Source: an uncultured Porticoccaceae bacterium (GTDB taxonomy: Bacteria > Pseudomonadota > Gammaproteobacteria > Pseudomonadales > GM7GCV1). From it: a DNA stretch of 64,000 bases. This document shows positions 30,545 to 39,512 of this stretch, piece by piece. The stretch lies in NCBI GenBank assembly GCA_964623085.1, contig CAZUTO010000002.1:51498-115497 (forward strand), in the 5' to 3' direction. The first letter of the stretch is position 1; every line of letters begins with the position of its first letter. Below the pieces are notes generated by a model that had not been told where the DNA came from, ran no database searches, and saw only the letters and a program-made list of their open reading frames with translations. Position numbers and translations under genes: made by a program.

Positions 30545-30901
30545 ATGAGCGGACGTAACAACATTATTGCCGAGCTAGAAAGTGAACAGATGAATAAAGA
30601 GCTCCCGGACTTTGGTCCTGGAGACACCGTTGTTGTGCAAGTGCGAGTAAAAGAAGGCACGCGCGAGCGTTTACAGGCATTCGAAGGTGTCGTGCTCGGT
30701 GTAAAAAGCCGTCAATTGGGCTCATCGTTTACAGTGCGAAAGATCTCCCATGGCATTGGTGTAGAGCGTACCTTCCAAACCTATAGCCGGCTTGTCGATA
30801 GTGTGGAAGTGAAGCGTCGTGGTGATGTGGCTCAGTCGAAGATTTACTACTTGCGCGAACTGTCTGGTAAAGCTGCTCGTATTAAGGAGCGATTAGACTA
30901 G
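30545..30901 (+). CDS. rplS: 50S ribosomal protein L19
   Basis: ATG 30545 is preceded by GGAG. Includes [16 protein letters not shown]...RLQAFEGVV. Confidence 0.95.
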   Translation: MSGRNNIIAELESEQMNKELPDFGPGDTVVVQVRVKEGTRERLQAFEGVVLGVKSRQLGSSFTVRKISHGIGVERTFQTYSRLVDSVEVKRRGDVAQSKIYYLRELSGKAARIKERLD

Positions 30902-30922
30902 CGTCGCAAGTTTGTTAAGTTT

Positions 30923-30951
30923 AAAAAAAAGCGCCTATGGGCGCTTTTTTT
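30923..30951 (+). terminator. rho-independent (bidirectional-type) terminator after rplS
   Basis: An A8 run, then GCGCC-TATG-GGCGC, then T7 (30945-30951). Confidence 0.8.
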
Positions 30952-31005
30952 ATGTGATATTGGACTCTATGTCAGTGCAATGTAAATGCGGTTTAGGCAT
31001 AAGCG

Positions 31006-31899
31006 ATGAAAAAAGACCAATCTTTAATAGAAAGGTATCTCGATAGCCTTTGGACCGAGAAGGGGCTAAGCAATAACACGCTGCAGTCCTATCGTCGTGA
31101 TCTAGACTTTTTTTCTTCGTGGCTGGATAACTCAGAATATGAGCTAAAAACCATTGCTCAAGTGGGCTTACAGAGGTATCTGGCATATCGGTTTGAAGCA
31201 AATTATTCGGCGCGATCAACTGCACGCGCAGTTTCATGCTTGAGAGGGCTGTTTCGATGGATGCAGCGTGAAGAGATGATCCAGGAAGATCCTACTCTTC
31301 TGCTTGAGAGCCCAAAAGTAGGTCGGTCTTTACCGAAGGTGCTTTCGGAAGAGGATGTAGAGCGAATATTGGCAGAGCCAAATACGGATATTGCGATAGA
31401 GTTGCGCGATAAGGCGATGTTGGAAGTGCTATATGGATGTGGCCTGCGAGTATCGGAGCTCGTTAATCTGGATGTCAGTCAGGTGAATCTGCGCCAATTC
31501 GTTATACGTACTTTCGGTAAAGGCAATAAAGAGCGACTCGTACCCTTGGGTGAAGAGGCTGTTCATTGGATTAATCAGTATGTCCAAAAAGCGCGGCCTG
31601 AGTTGCTCGATGGAACAGTCACTGACGCACTGTTCGTCTCGACACGCAAACGTCACATAACGCGGCAAACGTTCTGGCATCGAATCAAATACTATGCTGC
31701 AAGATCAGGCATAGAGAAGTCGATCTCTCCACATGTTTTAAGACACGCGTTCGCGACCCACTTATTGAATCACGGTGCAGATCTTAGGGTTGTGCAGCTA
31801 TTGCTTGGGCATAGTGACTTGTCTACTACGCAGATATATACGCACGTTGCTCAGCAGCGCTTGCAAGATATGCATAAGCAACATCACCCTCGGGGCTGA
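31006..31899 (+). CDS. xerD: site-specific tyrosine recombinase XerD
   Basis: N-terminus LIERYLDSLWTEKGLSNNTLQSYRRDL and C-terminal catalytic residues (HVLRHAFATHLL...LLGHSDLSTTQIYTHV). Conserved xerD-dsbC neighbourhood. Confidence 0.9.
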   Translation: MKKDQSLIERYLDSLWTEKGLSNNTLQSYRRDLDFFSSWLDNSEYELKTIAQVGLQRYLAYRFEANYSARSTARAVSCLRGLFRWMQREEMIQEDPTLLLESPKVGRSLPKVLSEEDVERILAEPNTDIAIELRDKAMLEVLYGCGLRVSELVNLDVSQVNLRQFVIRTFGKGNKERLVPLGEEAVHWINQYVQKARPELLDGTVTDALFVSTRKRHITRQTFWHRIKYYAARSGIEKSISPHVLRHAFATHLLNHGADLRVVQLLLGHSDLSTTQIYTHVAQQRLQDMHKQHHPRG

Positions 31900-32055
31900 C
31901 GTCTGCAGTGGTAGTATTTTTTTTGTATAATCAAAAACGTTAACGAGTGCTCATTAATTACCCTATGTCCTTTTGTTAACGCATTACAGTTGGGCTAGCA
32001 GTGTAGAATGGTCAAATACCTAAAAGAAATTACGTTATAAAGGTCTGGTAAATAT

Positions 32056-32832
32056 ATGAAAATATTCAGGTTTGTTGCTATAGCATGTTTGACTCTTTGT
32101 AGCTTAAATATAGCCGCGCAATCTCAAGATGATGCAGTGATTCAGAGAATTAATGAGCTAGTGATTGAGCCGTTGCAAGCTGATAGATCTGATTTGCAAT
32201 TTACAGAGCTAAAAAAATCACCTCTTGAGGGTTATTACGAATTTTCTATCGAAAACCGTCAAACTATCTATGTTTCAGAAGATGCCGAGCATTTCTTTGC
32301 TGGAGAGCTCTACTTTTCAGAGCCAGATCGCTTTGTTAATGCAACAGAGATTGCTCGTTCTGAAGATCGCAAACAGCAGTTAGCGTCGATACCGGAATCA
32401 GAAATAATTATCTATGCCCCTGAAGGGGAAACAAAAGCGGTAATGAACGTATTTACAGACGTGACCTGTGGTTATTGTCGCAAACTCCATGAGCAGATGG
32501 CTGAAATGAATGCTCTCGGAATTGAGGTGCGATACTTTGCTTATCCGCGCACAGGTATTCGCGGCGACAATGGTAACTTTACAATGTCTTATGAAGAAAC
32601 CGTAAAAGCTTGGTGTGCTGATGATCAAAATCAGGCAATGGATGACTTGAAAGATGGCAAGAAAGTATCCGCTGAACCTTGTGATGACAATCCACTTGAG
32701 AAGCACTACGCGATTGGTCAAAAGTTTGGTATCAGTGGCACGCCAGCTATTGTTCTACCTGATGGTTCGTTGCATCCGGGTTACAGATCACCAGAAAATT
32801 ATGCTGAGCTTTTAGGTATTACTGCCGAATGA
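32056..32832 (+). CDS. dsbC: thiol:disulfide interchange protein DsbC
   Basis: Signal peptide, dimerisation domain, and a thioredoxin fold with active site CGYC. Confidence 0.85.
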   Translation: MKIFRFVAIACLTLCSLNIAAQSQDDAVIQRINELVIEPLQADRSDLQFTELKKSPLEGYYEFSIENRQTIYVSEDAEHFFAGELYFSEPDRFVNATEIARSEDRKQQLASIPESEIIIYAPEGETKAVMNVFTDVTCGYCRKLHEQMAEMNALGIEVRYFAYPRTGIRGDNGNFTMSYEETVKAWCADDQNQAMDDLKDGKKVSAEPCDDNPLEKHYAIGQKFGISGTPAIVLPDGSLHPGYRSPENYAELLGITAE

Positions 32833-32866
32833 TTTAGCAGCTGTGCTGCTGGAAAAAACACAGAAA

Positions 32867-32897
32867 GGCCGTGCTACAATGCGCGGCCTTTTTTTTT
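32867..32897 (+). terminator. rho-independent terminator after dsbC
   Basis: GGCCGTGC (32867-32874), loop TACAAT, GCGCGGCC (32881-32888, one G-U pair), then T9. Confidence 0.8.
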
Positions 32898-32932
32898 GAA
32901 GAATACTTTTAAACCAGTAGCTGGAGATGTGA

Positions 32933-34240
32933 GTGAAGCAGGTAAATATTGGTATATGCGGCTTGGGTACGGTAGGCAGCGGAGCACTTGGTGTTTTGGT
33001 GGAAAACGCAGACGTCATAGAGGCGCGAGCTTGCACATCTGTTGTTGTCTCCCATATTGGGGCTCGACGTGACAATCCAAACGCAGATACATCTGCTCTG
33101 AAAGTTAGTCGCGATATATTCGATGTCGTTCGTGATCCTGATGTGAATATTGTTGTCGAGCTGATTGGCGGAACAACGACTGCAAAAGATCTCGTTCTTG
33201 AAGCGATCTCTAACGGCAAGCACATTGTGACAGCCAATAAGGCATTGATTGCAGAATGTGGCAACGAGATTTTCGAGGCAGCTGCCGCGAACGGAGTGGC
33301 GGTCGCGTATGAAGCAGCTGTCGCAGGTGGTATCCCAATTATTAGAGCGCTGAGAGAAGGACTCTCTGCTAATCAGATCGAGTCGGTCGCTGGCATTATC
33401 AACGGCACAGGTAATTTTATTCTTACGGAAATGCGCGACAAAGGTCGCGATTTCTCCGACGTGTTGAAAGAAGCGCAAGAACTCGGGTATGCGGAGGCGG
33501 ACCCAACCTTCGACGTAGAAGGTATTGACGCGGCGCATAAATTAGCCATTCTTGCATCAATAGCATTTGGCATTCCGTTGCAGTTTGACAAAGTATTTAC
33601 TGAAGGCATTAGTAAGTTAGAACCTATTGACGTTTCTAATGCAGCCGAGCTGGACTTCAGTATCAAACATCTCGGTATTGCGCGACAGACGGAAGCGGGC
33701 ATTGAAATGCGTGTTCATCCGACCTTGGTGCCCAAATCACAATTGATTGCACATGTAGATGGTGTATTGAATGCCGTGATGGTTGAAGGCGATGCGGTTG
33801 GCCCAACGTTATATTCAGGGGCGGGCGCTGGCGCCGGCCCAACTGCGTCATCAGTGGTGGCGGATGTTGTCGAGATTGCGCGCCAGATTGATGTAACGGC
33901 AGAGTGCCGGACACCTTATCTCGGTTTTCATCATCAAAAATTGAATGATTACCCTGTGTTGTCGATAGAGGAATGTGAAACAGCGCTTTATTTGCGTTTT
34001 AACGCGATCGATAAGCCAGGTGTACTTTCACAGATTACCGAGATTTTTTCCGAAGCCAGCATTAGTGTCGAAGCGATGGTGCAAAAAGATCGTCCCGCCC
34101 AACATGCTGAGGTACCGATTGTCGTATTGACGAGCGTTGCCAAGCAATCTGATTTTGATAGCCTAGTCTCTAAGCTAGAGCAGCTCGATGTTGTAGTCGG
34201 TTCTGTGACACATATTCGCGTCGATCGACTCGAAAGTTAA
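32933..34240 (+). CDS. hom: homoserine dehydrogenase
   Basis: NAD-binding motif GICGLGTVG, a catalytic domain, and a C-terminal ACT domain. GTG start. Followed by thrC. Confidence 0.9.
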   Translation: MKQVNIGICGLGTVGSGALGVLVENADVIEARACTSVVVSHIGARRDNPNADTSALKVSRDIFDVVRDPDVNIVVELIGGTTTAKDLVLEAISNGKHIVTANKALIAECGNEIFEAAAANGVAVAYEAAVAGGIPIIRALREGLSANQIESVAGIINGTGNFILTEMRDKGRDFSDVLKEAQELGYAEADPTFDVEGIDAAHKLAILASIAFGIPLQFDKVFTEGISKLEPIDVSNAAELDFSIKHLGIARQTEAGIEMRVHPTLVPKSQLIAHVDGVLNAVMVEGDAVGPTLYSGAGAGAGPTASSVVADVVEIARQIDVTAECRTPYLGFHHQKLNDYPVLSIEECETALYLRFNAIDKPGVLSQITEIFSEASISVEAMVQKDRPAQHAEVPIVVLTSVAKQSDFDSLVSKLEQLDVVVGSVTHIRVDRLES

Positions 34241-34257
34241 ATCCTGAGACGTCAGTA

Positions 34258-35664
34258 ATGAAATACATAAGTACGCGCGGAGAAGCGCCAGTTTTAGGCT
34301 TCGAAGAAGCTATGCTCACCGGTCTTGCGACAGATGGTGGGCTTTATGTGCCAGAGACTTTACCGTCCTTTAGCCAGCAACAAATCGCTGATATGGCAGG
34401 GATGAGCTATGAAGATCTAGCTTTTACCGTGATGCAGCCCTTTGTTGCGGATGCCATTCCAGACGCCGATTTACGTCGGCTGATTGACGAAACCTATGCT
34501 GAATTTCGTCATAGTGCGATCGCACCACTGACCCAGCTAGAAGGTAACCTCTGGGTACTTGAACTTTTTCACGGTCCGACGTTGGCGTTTAAAGATTTCG
34601 CACTGCAGTTTCTTGGGCGAGTGTTGGACTACCTGTTGAAAAAGCGAGATAAGCGCGTCGTTATCATGGGAGCGACATCCGGAGATACGGGCTCAGCCGC
34701 TATCGAAGGCTGTCGACATAGCGATAATGTCGATATCTTTATTTTACATCCACACAACCGTGTCTCCGAAGTTCAGCGGCGACAAATGACCACGGTTCTT
34801 TCGGATAATGTTTTCAATATTGCTCTCGATGGAAATTTTGACGATTGTCAAAATATGGTTAAAGCCAGTTTCTCTGACCAAAGCTTTCTGCCGGAAGGGC
34901 GTCAGCTCGTGGCTGTGAATTCGATAAACTGGGCGAGAATTATGGCCCAGATTGTGTATTACTTTTATGCAGCAGCGGCACTGGGCGCACCGCATCGAAA
35001 GGTGTCTTTCTCTGTGCCAACGGGGAATTTCGGCGACATATTTGCAGGCTATCTGGCTAAGCGGATGGGCTTGCCGATAGAGCAGTTAGTCATTGCCACA
35101 AACGCCAATGATATTTTGCACCGCTGTATTAGTGGTAACGATTACAGTCTGAAACCGCTCATACAAAGTCTTTCGCCTAGCATGGATATTATGATTTCTT
35201 CGAACTTCGAACGAATGATGTTCGACTTACATGGCCGAGATGGCGATTTGATCAAACAGCGTATGGATGATCTCAAAGAATCGGGAGAGTTGAAGTTGTC
35301 TGACTCAGCGTTAGAGAAAGCGCATGAACTCTTCAGCAGCTATCGATTAGACGATGACGAAATGCTCGATACGATTAAGCGCGAATTCGAAAGCACCGGA
35401 TACCTACTTGACCCTCATTCTGCTATCGGTGTGCAGGCTGCTAGAAAAACCCGCCGCACCAGCGATCATCCAATGATTTGTTTGGCTACTGCACATCCGG
35501 CGAAATTTCCAGAAGCTGTTCGGAAAAGCGGTTATCCAACGGATCCATCATTGCCACATCACTTACGTGATTTGTTTGATCGAGAAGAAGCTTATACTCG
35601 TTTAGACAATGATGAAAATGCTGTCCACGCGTATATCGCGGAAAACATACGGTCGGATAAATAA
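34258..35664 (+). CDS. thrC: threonine synthase
   Basis: MKYISTRG N-terminus and the PLP-lysine block GPTLAFKDFALQ. Confidence 0.9.
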   Translation: MKYISTRGEAPVLGFEEAMLTGLATDGGLYVPETLPSFSQQQIADMAGMSYEDLAFTVMQPFVADAIPDADLRRLIDETYAEFRHSAIAPLTQLEGNLWVLELFHGPTLAFKDFALQFLGRVLDYLLKKRDKRVVIMGATSGDTGSAAIEGCRHSDNVDIFILHPHNRVSEVQRRQMTTVLSDNVFNIALDGNFDDCQNMVKASFSDQSFLPEGRQLVAVNSINWARIMAQIVYYFYAAAALGAPHRKVSFSVPTGNFGDIFAGYLAKRMGLPIEQLVIATNANDILHRCISGNDYSLKPLIQSLSPSMDIMISSNFERMMFDLHGRDGDLIKQRMDDLKESGELKLSDSALEKAHELFSSYRLDDDEMLDTIKREFESTGYLLDPHSAIGVQAARKTRRTSDHPMICLATAHPAKFPEAVRKSGYPTDPSLPHHLRDLFDREEAYTRLDNDENAVHAYIAENIRSDK

Positions 35665-35682
35665 ATTCGATAAAATCTATCG

Positions 35683-36351
35683 CTAGGCTACCGAGCTTTT
35701 TTCCCTCAGCGTTTTTATTGCCTTGTCTTCGAGGCTGATTTGGGCCTTGTATATATCTAGGGCACATAGCCTACTGAGATAGCTGCCCAAGCGCGGCCAT
35801 CGAGAAAGATCGAGTGCGATACCACTGATTCGCAGAGAAAGAAGCTGGCTGCTAATCGCGAGATCCGCCATGCTGAGAATACCCGCCACAAAGTAGTTTT
35901 TATCGGCGAGTTCGAGCTCGAGAAAATCCAGAGCAATAGGCAGTTCTTCTGCCATCGCCTTTTGTAGTTGATCGCTATCAGGCTGTTGATTGAGGACAGT
36001 TGGTTTTAAAAATTTGTTGCGAAATATCTTAAAAGTACAGATTTCCGCGAGTGTGGTATCTGCATATTCTTCATACCATCTGGTCCTAGCACGCTGAGCA
36101 GCCCCAAAAGGAAATAGCTCGGGGGTGGGGTATTTTTCTTCTAGATACTCGCATATGACTGTAGAGTCGCAAAGCGTGATTCGGTCATCCTTATAGGCGG
36201 GGATCTTTCCCAATGGGCTGATGCGGAAAAAGTCTTCCGTTCTGTTTGCAGGGGATACAATAACTTGGTCGTATTCAACGCCTTTGTGTGCGAGTGCAAG
36301 CATGGTTTTTCTTACAAAAGGTGAAAGAGGGGCTCCGTATAGCACTGTCAT
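35683..36351 (-). CDS. glutathione S-transferase family protein
   Basis: GST N-terminal thioredoxin-like pattern (LYGAPLSPFVRK...GKIPAY) plus a helical C-terminal domain. Confidence 0.75.
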   Translation of the reverse strand: MTVLYGAPLSPFVRKTMLALAHKGVEYDQVIVSPANRTEDFFRISPLGKIPAYKDDRITLCDSTVICEYLEEKYPTPELFPFGAAQRARTRWYEEYADTTLAEICTFKIFRNKFLKPTVLNQQPDSDQLQKAMAEELPIALDFLELELADKNYFVAGILSMADLAISSQLLSLRISGIALDLSRWPRLGSYLSRLCALDIYKAQISLEDKAIKTLREKSSVA

Positions 36352-36405
36352 GCGTATTTATCTCCCGTTATGTACCCAAATATTTAAGTCAATTTTTCAT
36401 TGTCT

Positions 36406-38148
36406 ATGAAAAGATTAAAAGTCCATATGGCCGATTTGTCAAAAGCAAGTTTTGATGAATCAACGCAAGAAATACATCAAAGACTTATGGTGGCGCGTGG
36501 AATCACCACGAAAGCCTGTTTGGATCACCGGCTTTCTAGTATGCCGGAGCCAAATAAAATGAAGGGCATGGAAACCGCTGTCGAACTGCTAAAGGAGGCC
36601 CTAGCATCGGATCAACGCATTCTTATCCTTGGTGACTATGATGCTGACGGAGCAACAGCATCTGCACTAGCTGTGCGCGCGTTAAAGGCGATGGGGTCAA
36701 GTAACGTTGATTTTCTGGTGCCGAATCGCTTTGACTATGGCTATGGGCTATCGCCTGAGATTGCAGAGGTAGCGCTTAAATTTACGCCAGACTTGGTGAT
36801 CACGGTCGATAATGGCATATCTAGTGTAGAAGGAGTGCAAGCCTTACGAGAGCAAGATGTTCGGGTAATTGTCACTGATCACCACCTGCCTGGAGACAGG
36901 TTGCCAGATGCCAACGCGATTTTGAATCCTAATCAGAATGGTTGTGATTTTCCCAGTAAAAACCTCGCCGGTGTCGGCGTCCTTTTCTACTTGATGATCG
37001 CGTTAAGAAGGCGATTGCGCGAGCTGGATTGGTTTGAGCAGAATTCGATTACCGAGCCACGATTAGAAAGTTTTCTTGATTTGGTTGCGCTAGGTACAGT
37101 GGCGGATTTGGTTCCGATGGACCGTATCAATCGTCTATTGGTCACCAATGGCCTTAAACGAATAAGATCGGAGAATGGAAATCCAGGGATAAAATCTTTG
37201 TTTGAGATCGCTGGTCGCAACAGTGCTAAGGCAGTGTCATCTGACCTTGGGTTTGTCGTCGGGCCGCGTATTAATGCGGCAGGCCGTCTAGATGACATTA
37301 GTGAAGGTATTCGCTGTTTGCTTGCAGATGAGGCTTCGATTGCGCGCGAGTTAGCGCTGAACTTACATCATACCAATATTGAACGTCGACAGATTCAAGC
37401 GGAAATGACGGGCGATGCGATCAATCTCATTGATGACATGCTCAAAGTCGAATCGAATCAATTGGCATGGGGGCTTTGTGTATATCAGCCCAATTGGCAT
37501 CAGGGTGTAGTGGGGCTGGTAGCATCGAAACTGAAAGAAAACATGCATCGTCCTGCTATTGCGTTTGCTAAAGCGAACACAGATCAGGCCGATTCGGCGG
37601 AATTAAAAGGTTCAGCAAGATCAATTGCGGGACTACATATGCGCGATTTATTGGATCGAATAGCAACTAAACATCCTGGCTTGATAGTGAAGTTTGGTGG
37701 TCATGCGATGGCAGCGGGCCTGAGTCTGTCGGAAACAAACTACGATACTTTTGCAGAGGTATTTGATCAGGAAGTTCACGCAGCCTTGAGTGAGGATGAT
37801 TTTGAGGCCGTGATATGGAGCGATGGCGAACTTGGCGCAGAGCACCTTAGTTTGGAGTTTGCTCGCAGTTTGAGTCAACTGCTCCCATGGGGGCAGGCGC
37901 TTTCCGAGCCTATATTTCACGGACGATTTCGTATCCAGTCGATGCGTTGGCTAAAAGAAACGCATCTCAAACTAGTATTGATTCTTGAGGAAGAAGAGCG
38001 GGTATTGAATGCTATTTGGTTTAGCGCGATACCATCGAGTGAATGTGTCGAAAATGCCACTGTGCAGTTAGCTTACCGGCTTAGTGTCAATGAGTATCGT
38101 GGACAAGAATCATTGCAGCTAATGATTGTTGACGAGGTCAGCGTTTAG
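36406..38148 (+). CDS. recJ: single-stranded-DNA-specific exonuclease RecJ
   Basis: DHH motifs (GDYDADG, VTVDNG, VTDHH) and the DHHA1 block GGHAMAAG. The tracked ORF starts at TTG 36400; ATG 36406 is preferred. Confidence 0.9.
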   Translation: MKRLKVHMADLSKASFDESTQEIHQRLMVARGITTKACLDHRLSSMPEPNKMKGMETAVELLKEALASDQRILILGDYDADGATASALAVRALKAMGSSNVDFLVPNRFDYGYGLSPEIAEVALKFTPDLVITVDNGISSVEGVQALREQDVRVIVTDHHLPGDRLPDANAILNPNQNGCDFPSKNLAGVGVLFYLMIALRRRLRELDWFEQNSITEPRLESFLDLVALGTVADLVPMDRINRLLVTNGLKRIRSENGNPGIKSLFEIAGRNSAKAVSSDLGFVVGPRINAAGRLDDISEGIRCLLADEASIARELALNLHHTNIERRQIQAEMTGDAINLIDDMLKVESNQLAWGLCVYQPNWHQGVVGLVASKLKENMHRPAIAFAKANTDQADSAELKGSARSIAGLHMRDLLDRIATKHPGLIVKFGGHAMAAGLSLSETNYDTFAEVFDQEVHAALSEDDFEAVIWSDGELGAEHLSLEFARSLSQLLPWGQALSEPIFHGRFRIQSMRWLKETHLKLVLILEEEERVLNAIWFSAIPSSECVENATVQLAYRLSVNEYRGQESLQLMIVDEVSV

Positions 38149-38171
38149 CGGTGAGATAGGTTTTAACTCTG

Positions 38172-38816
38172 CTAAGGGTTTGTCAGCGTATCTACCAAGA
38201 ACGATTGGACGGCGTCCCGAATCGATGGCTGCGCAGCCTCGGTAGGGTGGATACCATCCTCTTGGAGTAACGCGTCATTTTCATAGAATGCTGGCTGAAA
38301 CAGATCCAAATAGGGTGCAGATCTGTTTGTCGCCACTTCCGGAAATAGGCTCGTGAATGCGTCTGTATAACGGGCACCATAGTTGGGTGGAATACGGATA
38401 CCAAAATACATAGGTTTGGCACCTGCTGCTTCCACTAACTCTCCCATACGGGTGAGATTGTCACGGATGAGCTGGATGGGAAAACCACGCAACCCATCAT
38501 TACCACCAAGCTCGATGATGACCCAATCCGGTTTTTGCGCATCTAAAAGAGCGGGCAGCCTTGCTAGCCCTCCACCGGTGGTTTCACCTGACACGCTTGC
38601 GTTGATGATCTCATGCTCGGGAGCGAGATCCTCTGAGAGAAGCGCCACCCATCCAGATTCGATGGGAATGTTATAGGCAGCACTAAGACTATCACCCATA
38701 ACGAGAATGCGTTCAGCCCAAGTATTTCCGGATAGGAATGAGCCGGAAGCCGCTAAACATAACGTAACGAATCTGATCTGGTTGCGACCAAGGCAACTGC
38801 TAAGATATCTGAACAT
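38172..38816 (-). CDS. tesA: SGNH/GDSL arylesterase-thioesterase (TesA-like)
   Basis: GDSLS block after a signal peptide, plus GGNDG and DGIHP blocks. Divergent from ybbA-ybbP, as in E. coli. ATG 38816 is preferred over GTG 38834. Confidence 0.85.
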   Translation of the reverse strand: MFRYLSSCLGRNQIRFVTLCLAASGSFLSGNTWAERILVMGDSLSAAYNIPIESGWVALLSEDLAPEHEIINASVSGETTGGGLARLPALLDAQKPDWVIIELGGNDGLRGFPIQLIRDNLTRMGELVEAAGAKPMYFGIRIPPNYGARYTDAFTSLFPEVATNRSAPYLDLFQPAFYENDALLQEDGIHPTEAAQPSIRDAVQSFLVDTLTNP

Positions 38817-38839
38817 GTATTCTATTTTGCACACAAAAA

Positions 38840-39505
38840 ATGATAAAAACAGAAGAGCTTTGTAAAGCCGTAAATACGGTGGACGGCGAGCTACATCTTC
38901 TGTCAGATATTAGTTTTTCGGTCGATCCGGGAGAGAGTATCGCCATCGTAGGGCCCTCCGGCGCTGGTAAGTCGACGCTTCTTGGATTGCTTGCGGGCTT
39001 GGATGTTCCCACTTCTGGAAAGATATATCTGGGTGAGCATTGCATCACTGCGATGGACGAAGAACAGCGGGCCAAAGTTAGGTCCGAATTAGTCGGTTTT
39101 GTGTTTCAAACATTCCAGCTTCTTCCTAGCCTCACGGCAGAGGAAAACGTTGCGTTACCGCTTGAATTACGCGGTGACAAAAATGCGATTAATTTGGCCC
39201 ACACTTTTCTGGAAAGAGTGGGTCTAGCCGCGCGTCATCATCATTATCCGTTGCAGCTTTCTGGCGGTGAACAGCAACGCGTCGCTTTGGCTCGTGCATT
39301 TGCATGCCAGCCAAAGATTTTGTTTGCAGATGAGCCAACGGGTAATTTGGATAGTAAGACTGGAGCAAAAGTCAGCGATCTACTTTTTCAGTTGAACCAA
39401 GAAGAAGGCACTATTCTCGTATTGGTAACGCATGAGCAGAGACTTGCGGATCGCTGTGATCGCAAGCTGGTTCTCGAGTCTGGATCCCTAGTTTCAAAAT
39501 GTTAG
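38840..39505 (+). CDS. ybbA: ABC transporter ATP-binding protein (YbbA/LolD-like)
   Basis: Walker [10 protein letters not shown], signature LSGGEQQRV, Walker B ILFADEPT. Confidence 0.85.
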   Translation: MIKTEELCKAVNTVDGELHLLSDISFSVDPGESIAIVGPSGAGKSTLLGLLAGLDVPTSGKIYLGEHCITAMDEEQRAKVRSELVGFVFQTFQLLPSLTAEENVALPLELRGDKNAINLAHTFLERVGLAARHHHYPLQLSGGEQQRVALARAFACQPKILFADEPTGNLDSKTGAKVSDLLFQLNQEEGTILVLVTHEQRLADRCDRKLVLESGSLVSKC

Positions 39506-39512
39506 TGTCGCA

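Noticed and set aside
31006-31899. The tyrosine recombinase as a marker of an integrated mobile element.
   Set aside because: The sequence and the xerD-dsbC-...-recJ context identify it as the chromosomal dimer-resolution recombinase XerD. There is no adjacent tRNA, att-like repeat or phage/ICE gene.
31927-31932. A perfect TATAAT hexamer downstream of xerD as the dsbC promoter -10 element.
   Set aside because: It is plausible, but the matching -35 (TCTGCA at 17 bp) is weak and A/T-rich intergenic DNA yields such hexamers by chance. It is not reported as a feature.
32812-33702. Minus-strand ORFs of 150, 209 and 109 aa overlapping hom.
   Set aside because: They are antisense to a confidently identified homoserine dehydrogenase, have low-complexity or odd composition, and have no RBS context.
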